Below are positions 47,578-57,472 of a stretch of DNA of 64,000 nucleotides, one piece after another (the stretch's first letter is position 1; each line of letters starts with the position of its first letter). Location: the NCBI GenBank assembly GCA_027067555.1, contig JAMOVU010000172.1, positions 6,650-70,649 of the forward strand, given 5' to 3'. This DNA comes from Candidatus Aminicenantes bacterium. GTDB lineage: Bacteria > Acidobacteriota > Aminicenantia > JAMOAD01. The notes below the pieces were generated by a model. That model was not told the DNA's origin. It saw only the letters and a list, made by a program, of their open reading frames with translations, and ran no database searches. A program made the translations under genes and the position numbers.

Positions 47578-48258
47578 TTGATGAGTTTTAATATAGTAAA
47601 GATTATTATAGATATTGTGGTTTTGCTTTTTGCTGTATCAATTCACGAAGCCTCCCATGGTTATGTTGCCTATAAATTCGGAGATCCTACTCCTGAGGTG
47701 GACGGAAGACTTACTTTAAACCCGATAGCCCACCTTGATCTTGTAGGCTCAATTATTGTTCCCGCTTTTTTGATAATTTTCAAAATGCCGGTTTTCGGTT
47801 GGGCAAAACCTGTTATGATAGATCCGAGAAATTTTGATGGGGATTACAATAGTGTAAGAAAAAAAATGGCTGCAGTTGCTTTTGCAGGCCCAGGTTCAAA
47901 CTTTTCTGTTGCAATACTTTCTGCAATACTTTTAAGAATTATTTTTCACTTTGATCCTGCAGTAAAACTTCTTATTTTTACAAATACTCCGATGCCTTCA
48001 AGTCTTTTGGCTGGTATTGCATTTATATTGTTTGAACTTTTTATAATAAATGTTTTTTTGGGACTCTTTAATTTAATCCCTATTCCTCCCCTTGACGGAG
48101 GAAATATTTTAATAGGTATTCTTCCTCCTAAGGCTGCAATTAAATATGAAAAGCTTCAGCCTTACGGGTTTTTTATTTTGCTGTTTTTGATTTATACAGG
48201 TGTTTATTCTTTTTTTATAATGCCTTTTTTTAGATTATTTTTAAAATTATTGGGGTAA
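47578..48258 (+). CDS. site-2 protease (M50) family membrane metalloprotease
   Basis: HEASHG (HExxH) in TM helix and FNLIPIPPLDGG (LDG) motif. Confidence 0.7.
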   Translation: MMSFNIVKIIIDIVVLLFAVSIHEASHGYVAYKFGDPTPEVDGRLTLNPIAHLDLVGSIIVPAFLIIFKMPVFGWAKPVMIDPRNFDGDYNSVRKKMAAVAFAGPGSNFSVAILSAILLRIIFHFDPAVKLLIFTNTPMPSSLLAGIAFILFELFIINVFLGLFNLIPIPPLDGGNILIGILPPKAAIKYEKLQPYGFFILLFLIYTGVYSFFIMPFFRLFLKLLG

Positions 48259-48261
48259 AAA

Positions 48262-49257
48262 ATGGAGAAAAAGAAAATAGTTTTGAGTGGAATGAGGCCG
48301 ACAGGTCCTCTTCACATAGGGCATCTTGTTGGAGCTTTGAACAACTGGGTTTCTCTTCAGGAAAAGTATAATACCTATTTTTTAATAGCTTCTTTACATG
48401 CTTTAACATCAGAGTATGCAAATTCTGAGAGGATTCCCGAATATACAAAAGAGATAGTGCTTGATTGGCTCAGTGTTGGAATAGATCCTGAAAAATCCGT
48501 TATATTTGATCACTCTAAATTTGAACATCACTATCAGCTCCATCTTATTCTTTCAATGATAACTCCACTTGGCTGGCTTGAAAGAGTCCCGACTTACAAG
48601 GAACAGATAAAGCAGTTAAAGGCTAAGAATATAGATACCTATGGATTTCTGGGATACCCTGTTCTTCAAACTGTGGACATTATTTTATACAAAGGGGAGC
48701 TTGTACCGGTAGGAGAGGATCAGGTATCTCACATTGAATTATCAAGGGAGATAGTTAGAAGGTTTAATTATCTTTATACAGAGGTTTTTCCTGAACCTCA
48801 ACCTCTTTTAACAAAAGTTCCGAGGCTCCCTGGTCTTGATGGAAGAAAGATGAGTAAAAGTTATAATAATGCTATTTACCTGAAAGAGGATTTTGATGAG
48901 GTGAAAAAAAAGATTTTCCCTATGATGACAGATACAAGAAGAAAAAGGAGAACTGATCCCGGTGTTCCTGAAGATTGTCCTGTTTTTTATTATCACAAAG
49001 CTTTCTCAACGCAGGAGGAAGTGGATGAGATAGTAAAAGGGTGTACAACTGCCACTATAGGTTGCCTTGACTGTAAAAAAATCCTGATAAAAAATCTTGA
49101 AAAGGTTTTGGTTCCAATTAAAGAAAAAAGGGACAAACTTGAGAAGGATAAATCATTTGTTGATGATGTTTTAAGAGAAGGTAATAAAAAGGCAAAAGAG
49201 GTGGCTGAAAAAACAATGGATGAAGTTTTTACTGCGATAGGGTTTAAAAATGAATAG
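48262..49257 (+). CDS. trpS: tryptophan--tRNA ligase
   Basis: Class I aaRS HIGH (PTGPLHIGH) and KMSKS motifs, 331 aa. Confidence 0.9.
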   Translation: MEKKKIVLSGMRPTGPLHIGHLVGALNNWVSLQEKYNTYFLIASLHALTSEYANSERIPEYTKEIVLDWLSVGIDPEKSVIFDHSKFEHHYQLHLILSMITPLGWLERVPTYKEQIKQLKAKNIDTYGFLGYPVLQTVDIILYKGELVPVGEDQVSHIELSREIVRRFNYLYTEVFPEPQPLLTKVPRLPGLDGRKMSKSYNNAIYLKEDFDEVKKKIFPMMTDTRRKRRTDPGVPEDCPVFYYHKAFSTQEEVDEIVKGCTTATIGCLDCKKILIKNLEKVLVPIKEKRDKLEKDKSFVDDVLREGNKKAKEVAEKTMDEVFTAIGFKNE

Positions 49258-49993
49258 AGATGAGTTTGTAATATCAACAGAGTATTTTGAAGGCCCCTTT
49301 GATCTTCTGCTTTTTTTGGTAAAGAGACAGGAGCTTGAGATTGAAGAGATCAGCCTTACCAAAATCATTGGGGATTATCTTAGCTTTTTAAAATCAAGAG
49401 AAAGTATAAATCTTGACAGAGAAGCTGATTTTATTGCAGTTGCGGCAACTTTAATACTTTTAAAGTCAAAAGCGATTCTACCTTATACAAAAACAGAGGA
49501 AGAGGAAGAGCAGAGGCAGGATGAGTTTAATATTCTGGATCAATTAAAGCAATTTGAAAGAGTAAAAGAGATTATGAAGATTTTGGAAAATAATTATAGA
49601 GAAGAAACAAAGGGCCTTAAAGTAAATTTCCCTTACACGGGAGAGAGAGAGTATGAAATATATCCGGTTAGCACATTCCTTTTAGCTGAAACCTTTTTTA
49701 AACTGATTAAAGTAAGGGAAAGGGATGAAAATTTCAAGTTAAAAGAGAGAAAATATAATCTTAAAGAGGTTATGGATAGTATTCTGAAAATTGTGAGAAA
49801 AGAAAGATTTTTGAATTTTAATAAATATTTTGAATCATTCGATAGTATTGATGATGCTTTTTTCTCCTTTTTTGCACTCCTTGAGCTTATAAAAAGAAGA
49901 AAGGTGATAGCTGTGCAGGAAACCTTTTTCGGAGATATTTTAGTATTTCCTGCGAGAATGAAAGAGGAAGAGAGAGCGCTTTATGTCAACTGA
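49250..49993 (+). CDS. scpA: segregation and condensation protein A
   Basis: ScpA family pattern, directly upstream of scpB. Confidence 0.8.
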   Translation: MNRDEFVISTEYFEGPFDLLLFLVKRQELEIEEISLTKIIGDYLSFLKSRESINLDREADFIAVAATLILLKSKAILPYTKTEEEEEQRQDEFNILDQLKQFERVKEIMKILENNYREETKGLKVNFPYTGEREYEIYPVSTFLLAETFFKLIKVRERDENFKLKERKYNLKEVMDSILKIVRKERFLNFNKYFESFDSIDDAFFSFFALLELIKRRKVIAVQETFFGDILVFPARMKEEERALYVN

Positions 49994-50525
49994 AGTTAGG
50001 GAAAATCTAAAATCAATAATAGAGGCCATAATATTCTCAGCAAGAACAGTGGTAAAAAAAGAGGAGCTTTATTCATATTTTTCAGATATCGAAAAAGAGA
50101 GAATAGACTCTATCATTAATGAGATAAAGGATTTTTATGAAAAAAATAGCTCTCTTTATCTTGAGGAAGTTGCCGGAGGTTTTGTTTTTAAAACCAAAAA
50201 AGAATTTTATTCTTATATAAAGGATTTTTTTGGATTTAAAAAGGAACTTAGATTTTCAAAAGCAGCTCTTGAAACCCTTTCACTGATTGCTTATAAACAG
50301 CCTATTACCTTAAAGGAAATTTCCTATTACAGGGGGACCCAATCTTCATACATGGTAAAACAGCTTTTGGAATCGGGCCTTATTAAAATTTCAGGAAGAA
50401 AGGAGATTCCGGGACATCCCCTTTTGTATGAGACGACGGATAAATTTCTTGAAATTTTTGGTCTTAAAAGTCTTGAAGATTTACCCTCTGTGGAAGAACT
50501 TAAAGATCTTCTAAAAGATGAATAA
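49983..50525 (+). CDS. scpB: segregation and condensation protein B
   Basis: Tandem winged-helix ScpB motifs (SKAALETLSLIAYKQPIT). Confidence 0.85.
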   Translation: MSTEVRENLKSIIEAIIFSARTVVKKEELYSYFSDIEKERIDSIINEIKDFYEKNSSLYLEEVAGGFVFKTKKEFYSYIKDFFGFKKELRFSKAALETLSLIAYKQPITLKEISYYRGTQSSYMVKQLLESGLIKISGRKEIPGHPLLYETTDKFLEIFGLKSLEDLPSVEELKDLLKDE

Positions 50526-50530
50526 AAAAA

Positions 50531-50556
50531 GGCGGAAGATATTATCTTCCGCCTTT
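50531..50556. terminator. bidirectional intrinsic terminator (10-bp perfect stem) between convergent scpB and OMP gene
   Basis: ggcggaagat-att-atcttccgcc flanked by A-run and T-run. Confidence 0.6.
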
Positions 50557-50571
50557 AATGTTTATTTGCTC

Positions 50572-51276
50572 TTAAAGAATAAAACCAATCATAAAGGAAA
50601 AGGATGCTCCTGACATATCAAGAGGTTCGAATCCTTCAAACTCACTTGAAAGAGTCGTTTTTATCATCTGATATCTTCCCTCAACTCCCAACAAGAATCT
50701 TGCAGTTGGTCTTATAATTATTCCTACAGCGCCATTTACGCCCATTGAAGTGGTTTTTGATAGAAAATCTCCATCATAAACATATCCTCCATCAAAATCA
50801 ATAAACTCTCCCCATTGATTATATTCAACAGAGTAAAAACCTGCACCTATCTGTAAATAAGGAGCTATCATCTCTCTTTTTTTCATAGGATAAAATTTTG
50901 CATTGATTTCGAAGATTCCCATTTTGTAGCTAATAGCTTGATTTATAGTTGTTCCATCTTCATAAACATAATCCCTATATTCTGAATCCACCTCTTTCTT
51001 TTCAATGCTTCCAAAGTCAAGAGATATTCCGAAATGTCTGTTTATGGGCATTTCATAGGTTAGAAATACCTGGGAAGTATTAAAGTCTGATTTCTGAAGC
51101 AGTAAATTGTTAAAATTTGTTTCCCACAGATCACTATTACAATTTGGATAAAAAAGCCCGTACTTTATCCAGAAAATACCGGATTGAGCTGGTATTGATA
51201 GTATAAACATTAAGATTAATGTGAAAAGAAACACTCTTTTTTTCATTTTATCCTCCTTTTCTTTAAAGTAAAACAA
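50572..51276 (-). CDS. small outer-membrane beta-barrel protein
   Basis: Signal peptide, alternating beta-strand pattern, 234 aa. Confidence 0.55.
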   Translation of the reverse strand: MFYFKEKEDKMKKRVFLFTLILMFILSIPAQSGIFWIKYGLFYPNCNSDLWETNFNNLLLQKSDFNTSQVFLTYEMPINRHFGISLDFGSIEKKEVDSEYRDYVYEDGTTINQAISYKMGIFEINAKFYPMKKREMIAPYLQIGAGFYSVEYNQWGEFIDFDGGYVYDGDFLSKTTSMGVNGAVGIIIRPTARFLLGVEGRYQMIKTTLSSEFEGFEPLDMSGASFSFMIGFIL

Positions 51277-51396
51277 ATAATCAAATATTATGCCAAAAAG
51301 GGGAAGGCTGTAATTCCGATGTTTTTATTATGTAAGCTTCTTAAAAAATGATAGAAAAATAATACACTTGATAATTGAAAAAACATTTTTTTGGTC

Positions 51397-52359
51397 TTAA
51401 GGCTCATATCTTCCGAAAATCATTTTACCGGCTACTGTTTGCAATACTGATGTTACCGTAATATCTATTGTTTGTCCTATCATCTTTCTCGCATTATCCA
51501 CAACTACCATTGTTCCATCTTCAAGATAAGCAACCCCCTGATCCTTTTCCTTACCCTCTTTTAAAATATACGCTTTTATCTTTTCTCCAGGTAATACTAT
51601 TGGTTTGAGAGCATTTGCAAGTTCATTTATATTTAAAATTTTTATACCTTGAATTTTAGCAAGTTTATTAAGATTAAAATCAGTGGTGATAACCTTTGCT
51701 CTTAGATCTTTTGCAAGCTGAAGAAGTTTGTGATCCACTTCTTTTACATCAGGATAATCTCTTTCTATTATTTTAAAATCAATATTTGAACACTTTTTAA
51801 GCTGTTCCAAAAAATCAAACCCTCTTCTTCCTCTCTGTCTTTTTAGTGAATCAGAAGAGTCAGCTACCTGCTGTAATTCATTCATTATAAAAGAAGGTAA
51901 AAGAACTTTTCCTTCCAAAAAGCCTGTCTCACATAGATCAGCTATTCTTCCGTCTATTACTGCTGATGTGTCAAGGATTTTAACAGCTATTGTTTCTTTT
52001 CTCTCTTTAAATATTGATTTTATTGTTGATGGCCTGAACCATTCACTTTTGTCTATCCCAAAGTACAATCCGGTAAGTGGAAGTATCACTGATATGAAAT
52101 TCTTAATCCACAATTTGTTTATAGGGCAGATTTTTATAAGCAGATATGATATGAAAACACCTAATATGAATCCTATTAATCCCCCCCAGAAGTGTTGAAA
52201 TTCAGTTTTTTCTATTTTTTTGATTAGGAATAGAAGTATAACTGAAATTAGAAAGGTTATAATTGCATATAGGATTCTTTGCTCCTGAGAGGGAGCATAA
52301 AAATAGCCTACTGCTGCCCCTGTTAAAGTAATTATTACTCCGAATATTAAGCCTAACAT
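51397..52359 (-). CDS. PIN/TRAM-domain membrane protein (YacL-like)
   Basis: N-terminal TM helices, PIN domain, C-terminal TRAM-like segment; conserved radA neighbour. Confidence 0.7.
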   Translation of the reverse strand: MLGLIFGVIITLTGAAVGYFYAPSQEQRILYAIITFLISVILLFLIKKIEKTEFQHFWGGLIGFILGVFISYLLIKICPINKLWIKNFISVILPLTGLYFGIDKSEWFRPSTIKSIFKERKETIAVKILDTSAVIDGRIADLCETGFLEGKVLLPSFIMNELQQVADSSDSLKRQRGRRGFDFLEQLKKCSNIDFKIIERDYPDVKEVDHKLLQLAKDLRAKVITTDFNLNKLAKIQGIKILNINELANALKPIVLPGEKIKAYILKEGKEKDQGVAYLEDGTMVVVDNARKMIGQTIDITVTSVLQTVAGKMIFGRYEP

Positions 52360-52361
52360 TT

Positions 52362-53726
52362 TTAACCTCTTTTATTATTAATATTAAAAATAATTTTTAA
52401 TTGATTTATATTTCCAACCTTATGTATGTTAATGCCTTTTTTTTCAATCCCCTTTATCATATCAGATGTATAAATATTTTTAAAGCCAAATTTCTTGGCT
52501 TCACTTACCCTTGCTTCAAGCATAAAAGGTGGCATCACTTTTCCTCCGAGAGAAATTTCCCCGATGAAGATACTATCTTTATCAATTTTTATACCTGTTT
52601 TTGAGGAAATTAGTGAACTGGCAAGGGCAAGATCTATTGCAGGATCCTGTATGGTGAGCCCTCCGGAGACTTTAACAAAAACATCATCCTCATAAAATTT
52701 TATACCTATCTTTTTCTCCATGACTGCTATAAGCATGGTGGCTCTGTTTCTGTCAACTCCTGCAAACATTCTCCTCGGATTTCCCATAAAAGGGGATTTT
52801 GTTACCAGAGATTGAATTTCAACAAGCAAGGGCCTTGAACCCTCTATTGCTGCAAAGATGGAAATTCCGCTTTCTCTTTCTTTGCTTTCTCCATTCCACA
52901 AATTAAAAGGATCATCGAGGGGAATTAATCCTTTTGATGTTATTTCAAAAAGACCTATTTCAAAGGATGCTCCGAATCTGTTTTTTATTGCTCTTAGGAT
53001 TCTTCCCTGGTGAAAACGGTCTCCCTCGAAGTATAAAACTGCATCCACAAGGTGTTCAAGAATTTTTGGGCCTGCAATTTCCCCTCCCTTTGTTATATGT
53101 CCTATTATAAATGTTGTGATTTCATTTTTTTTGGATATCTCGATTAATTTTGAAGCAACCTCTCTTATTTGAGCCACTGAGCCAGCAGAAAAATTCATGC
53201 TCTCAAAGAAAATGGTCTGAATTGAATCCACTATCAAAAGTTCCGGCTCTGTTTTTTCCACTATTGCTAAAATCTCCTCCACAGAGTTTGTTGAAAGGAT
53301 TAGAATGTTTTCTCCCTTCAGACCAAGTCTTTCTGCTCTCAGTTTTATCTGTCCGATGGATTCTTCACCGGATACATAAAGTACCTTTTTTGTTGAAGAT
53401 ACTTTTTCAGCTACCTGCAAAAGTATTGTTGATTTGCCGATTCCGGGCTCTCCTCCCAAAAGGATTACCTCTCCTCTCACAAGACCTCCTCCGAGAACCC
53501 TATCAAATTCTGAAATACCCGAAGAAAACCTAATTTCCTTTTTGTGCTTTACACTGAAAAGTGATGAAATTTCAATCTCTTCTATGTCCCTTTTCAAAAT
53601 TTTATTAGTTTTTTCTTCTTTTTTTTCCACAAACGAATTCCATGCTCCGCACTGGGGGCACCTTCCTGCCCATTTTGTTGTCTTAAATCCGCATTCAGAG
53701 CAAACAAAGTATTTTTTTTCTTTCAT
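52362..53726 (-). CDS. radA: DNA repair protein RadA/Sms
   Basis: N-terminal C4 zinc finger (CSECGFKTTKWAGRCPQCGAW), RecA-like Walker A GEPGIGKST, C-terminal Lon-like domain; start taken at MKEKKYF rather than upstream Met. Confidence 0.9.
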   Translation of the reverse strand: MKEKKYFVCSECGFKTTKWAGRCPQCGAWNSFVEKKEEKTNKILKRDIEEIEISSLFSVKHKKEIRFSSGISEFDRVLGGGLVRGEVILLGGEPGIGKSTILLQVAEKVSSTKKVLYVSGEESIGQIKLRAERLGLKGENILILSTNSVEEILAIVEKTEPELLIVDSIQTIFFESMNFSAGSVAQIREVASKLIEISKKNEITTFIIGHITKGGEIAGPKILEHLVDAVLYFEGDRFHQGRILRAIKNRFGASFEIGLFEITSKGLIPLDDPFNLWNGESKERESGISIFAAIEGSRPLLVEIQSLVTKSPFMGNPRRMFAGVDRNRATMLIAVMEKKIGIKFYEDDVFVKVSGGLTIQDPAIDLALASSLISSKTGIKIDKDSIFIGEISLGGKVMPPFMLEARVSEAKKFGFKNIYTSDMIKGIEKKGINIHKVGNINQLKIIFNINNKRG

Positions 53727-53727
53727 C

Positions 53728-55044
53728 TTAATCAATATAGCTAATTCCGAAAAAGAATTTCTTCCCTTCTCTTCTATCTTCATACCCCCCGCTTAAACTG
53801 AAGCCATAATAAACTTTGTAAAATCCTGTGATTCGCCAGTATGGAAAGGAGCCTTTGTTAAAATCTTTTAATGTGAAATCAAGGGTAAAATGTTTTTCAG
53901 GAGAAATTCCAAGCCCCACTCCAAAACTTGAATCTATTATTCCCACTTTTGGAGTAAATACCCCCATTCTCTTTGCTCCGTAAATGGAGTATAAAAAATC
54001 TTCATTATAAGGATCCTGGGTTAGGGCCATTCCGATGAAATTATCATCTTTTTTTATCCCCATTTTCAAAAGATTTCTGAATTTTGAATCTCCATAATAG
54101 TAAGAGCTAAATCCATAATAAAATTTTACGGAATCCTTTGTGTTAACAATCCCTTTTAATCTCTCAACACTGTCTTTTAGTGATATTACTGTTTTTTTTA
54201 TGTCTTTATATAGCTTATCGTCTTTCAAAAGTTTTCCTGCTGTTCCTTCGCCAGAGTTTATTAGTTTTGCCATTTTTGAAACTTCGGCGGCAATTTCTTC
54301 AAGGTCATTGCTCAGTTTTTTAAATGATTTTAAGCCACCCTTCACACTATCCTGATTGTTATTAACAATGGTCTCAAGAGATTTTGTTAACCTGTCTATT
54401 CTCTTTGCTATGTCAAAAACTATTTGATTAAGATCATTCATACTGCTTTTTGTATCATTTAGCATTTCGGGGATTGCTTCTTTTATCTGTTGGGCAGCAA
54501 TATTAACCTGTTTTGATGTTTCGGCCATATTTTTAAGAATTGTTTTTAGTCTGTATTCTCCTTCTTCAGAGGTAAAAATGTTTTTTATAGTATCTCCTAC
54601 CTGTTTTAAATTTTGTCCTATTGAATAAAAGAGTGAACCTATCTGGTCAAGAGAAAGAGGAGGGATTCCCTCAATTCTGTCTCCGTCTTTTAAAAAACTT
54701 TCCGCATTTTTACCGGGAATTATTTCCAAGTACTTTTCTCCCATTATTCCAAAGGAGGATACGGTGGCTTTTGAATCTTTTCTTATCTTAATATCGTGAG
54801 TAATGAACATTTCAACCTCTGCCTTACCTTCCTTTAGATAGATATCTAGAACCTTTCCTATCTTAACTCCTGCGAGCCTTACAGGAGCACCTTTTAAAAG
54901 AGCAGCTGTTTGATCAAATGTAGTGTAGATAGTGTAGCCTTTTTTCTTAAAACTTAAGTTTATCTGCCCGACTCTGACAATCATATAAAAGAATAGTATT
55001 AAACCGATTATAATGAATAAACCAACTTTTGATTCTTTTCTCAT
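53728..55044 (-). CDS. MlaD/MCE-family protein
   Basis: N-terminal TM plus MCE domain (VRLAGVKIGKV), extended coiled-coil C-region. Confidence 0.7.
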   Translation of the reverse strand: MRKESKVGLFIIIGLILFFYMIVRVGQINLSFKKKGYTIYTTFDQTAALLKGAPVRLAGVKIGKVLDIYLKEGKAEVEMFITHDIKIRKDSKATVSSFGIMGEKYLEIIPGKNAESFLKDGDRIEGIPPLSLDQIGSLFYSIGQNLKQVGDTIKNIFTSEEGEYRLKTILKNMAETSKQVNIAAQQIKEAIPEMLNDTKSSMNDLNQIVFDIAKRIDRLTKSLETIVNNNQDSVKGGLKSFKKLSNDLEEIAAEVSKMAKLINSGEGTAGKLLKDDKLYKDIKKTVISLKDSVERLKGIVNTKDSVKFYYGFSSYYYGDSKFRNLLKMGIKKDDNFIGMALTQDPYNEDFLYSIYGAKRMGVFTPKVGIIDSSFGVGLGISPEKHFTLDFTLKDFNKGSFPYWRITGFYKVYYGFSLSGGYEDRREGKKFFFGISYID

Positions 55045-55122
55045 ATCAAACTCCCAACAAATAATATAGCAAATAAAAATTGATTTGGCAAAATAAAAGA
55101 TGGTTTAATTTGTGAGATTTAC

Positions 55123-56286
55123 TTAATTTTTGTTCAAAAAATCAAGGGCGTATTTAATATGAAGTGAAGCTCCCACAAAAAGTGCATCCTCATCAATATC
55201 AAATTTAGGATGGTGATGGGGGAAATCCGTGCCTTTTTCTTTGTTCCCCGAGCCTACAAATACGAAAATGCCGGAAACCTCTTTAAGGTAATACGCAAAA
55301 TCCTCTGCGGCCATTATTTTTCCAATCGGATTGTTTATGGAATCTCCTCCGAAGAGCGATTTTGCACATTTTTTGGCTCTTTCCGCTGATTCAGTATCAT
55401 TTTTCAAAGGAGGAGGTCCCCATATATATTCTAATTCTGCCTCAGCTCTGTGGGCTTTTGCAATATTTTCCGAGATTCTCTTTATTCTTTCGGGTATGGT
55501 TTGTCTGATTTCATCATTAAAACTTCTTACTGTTCCCTCTATTAAAGCTTCGTGGGCTATTATATTGTATCTTGTTCCTGAGACTATCTTACCCACACTT
55601 ACCACTGTTGGCTCAAGAGGGCTTATCTCTCTGCTGACTATTGTTTGCAAATTAAGTACAACAGATGCGCCTATAACAGCAGCATCAACTCCCTGATGGG
55701 GCATTGAACCATGTCCTCCCTTTCCTTTGATTTTTATTGAAAATAAATCAGCGGATGCCATTATCTCTCCCGGAATAATTGAAATCTTACCTGTCTCTAG
55801 TCCGCTCCAGAGATGAATGCCAAAGATATTATCAACTCCTTCAAGGCCTCCATCTTTTATAATTTCCTTTGCTCCGTCTCCAAGCTCTTCGGCAGGCTGG
55901 AAAATTAGTCTTACCTCACCTTTAAGCTCACTTTCATACTTTTTGAGTATTTTTCCGGCTCCAAGGAGCATAGCAATATGCCCATCATGCCCGCACGCAT
56001 GCATAAGTCCCTTTTTCTCTGATTTATACTCTTTATCATTAAGCTCTTCTATTTCAAGGGCATCTATATCAGCTCTCAGTGCAATTTTCCTGTTTCCTTT
56101 TCCTATTTTTGCTATGATTCCGGTTTTTGCAATTTTTTCAAAAGGGATTTTCAGTTTTTTTAATTCCCTTTTTATAAACTCCGAAGTTTCAAACTCTTTC
56201 CAGCTTGGCTCCGGGTTTTTGTGAAAATGCCTTCTTAGTTCAATTATATAATCTTTTATAGAGCTCACTTCTTTTTTAATATCCAT
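55123..56286 (-). CDS. M20-family amidohydrolase/peptidase (N-acyl-L-amino-acid amidohydrolase-like)
   Basis: MHACGHDGH and M20D pattern, 387 aa. Confidence 0.8.
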   Translation of the reverse strand: MDIKKEVSSIKDYIIELRRHFHKNPEPSWKEFETSEFIKRELKKLKIPFEKIAKTGIIAKIGKGNRKIALRADIDALEIEELNDKEYKSEKKGLMHACGHDGHIAMLLGAGKILKKYESELKGEVRLIFQPAEELGDGAKEIIKDGGLEGVDNIFGIHLWSGLETGKISIIPGEIMASADLFSIKIKGKGGHGSMPHQGVDAAVIGASVVLNLQTIVSREISPLEPTVVSVGKIVSGTRYNIIAHEALIEGTVRSFNDEIRQTIPERIKRISENIAKAHRAEAELEYIWGPPPLKNDTESAERAKKCAKSLFGGDSINNPIGKIMAAEDFAYYLKEVSGIFVFVGSGNKEKGTDFPHHHPKFDIDEDALFVGASLHIKYALDFLNKN

Positions 56287-56296
56287 TTCTTACCTC

Positions 56297-57472
56297 CTAT
56301 AATAATTTAGAGAAAATTCCCGCTAATATTACGGATACTATGGTTACAGTTGTAAAGCCTCCGACTAACATTTGGGGAAGCATTATATCCATAAGGTATT
56401 CTTTTTCATCTTCATTTTTTGCCAGAGCCTTAGCTGCTTCTTCCGTAAGAATATAGTTAGGGGGAAATCCGTAAAGGGCTGTCAATGAGACTGAAAATGC
56501 CATCTCTTTGGTAAGGCCCAAAAGTTTTCCTGTGATTGTTGAAAATATCCACATCCCTATAACACCGAAGGCAATTATCCCAAAAAGCGGAATAAGAAGT
56601 TTTCCAATCATCGCCGGAGTTGATTTTGAAAGCTGAGAGAAGATATATGCCATTATAACAGTGATTATAAATCCGAAAGAGGATGAAGCATTTAAAACCT
56701 TTCTTTCAATAAATCCTATTTCAGCTGCAATTACTCCGAATACAAGGCATACAACATAACTTGATATGAATTCATTTGTGATGGAAGCAAAGCCTATTGA
56801 GAGAAGGGCAACAAAGCCGGTTTTTGTCAAAAGCACATAAACTGTTTGATACTTTTGGGGAAGTGGTGGGAAAATTTTTAATTTTGAGGCTCTTGAACTT
56901 TCCTCTTTTACCTTTTTTTTATCATTCCTGTTTTTTCTGTATTCTTTAAGTAATCTTTTTCCCTCCTTTTTTAACATGATAGCTGTAAGTGGGTAACCGG
57001 CAAAACCCTGCATTATGTATATTATAATTGCAAGAAGGGCAAGGGATTCAAGCCCCTTTGAAGCAGCTGCTTCTGACATTATAAAGGAAGCCACTATTCC
57101 GCCCGTAAGGGGAGGGGTCGCAACTATGGAAAGCTCTTTTCCAAAAAGTAATATCCCAAAGCTCATTGTCATCACAATCACTCCTAAAATACCGGCAAGT
57201 GAAATCACCACCACTTTCCACTGCTCAAAAAGCTCCTTTAAACTCATTAATGTTCCCATGTGAACCAGAATCAAATATATGCTCAACTTAATAAGAGCTT
57301 TTGAAAAGCCGGCTATTTCCATCAGGTCCTTTGGAAATATTGTCCAGAAGCCGATTAAAAATATAAGAGCTGAGATAAATACGGAAGGTATATAGGCTTT
57401 TGTTTTAATTGATACTATGTCTCCCACTGCCATTATAAAGAGAATAACAGTGAAAGCCGCTAAAATTTGCAT
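56297..57472 (-). CDS. polytopic membrane protein, putative transporter
   Basis: About 10 TM helices, no motif recognised. Confidence 0.4.
   Translation of the reverse strand: MQILAAFTVILFIMAVGDIVSIKTKAYIPSVFISALIFLIGFWTIFPKDLMEIAGFSKALIKLSIYLILVHMGTLMSLKELFEQWKVVVISLAGILGVIVMTMSFGILLFGKELSIVATPPLTGGIVASFIMSEAAASKGLESLALLAIIIYIMQGFAGYPLTAIMLKKEGKRLLKEYRKNRNDKKKVKEESSRASKLKIFPPLPQKYQTVYVLLTKTGFVALLSIGFASITNEFISSYVVCLVFGVIAAEIGFIERKVLNASSSFGFIITVIMAYIFSQLSKSTPAMIGKLLIPLFGIIAFGVIGMWIFSTITGKLLGLTKEMAFSVSLTALYGFPPNYILTEEAAKALAKNEDEKEYLMDIMLPQMLVGGFTTVTIVSVILAGIFSKLL

Noticed and set aside
53727-53783. 56-nt overlap between radA and the MlaD-family gene
   Set aside because: radA most likely starts at the internal Met (MKEKKYFVCSECG...), immediately before its zinc finger. 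This removes the overlap.
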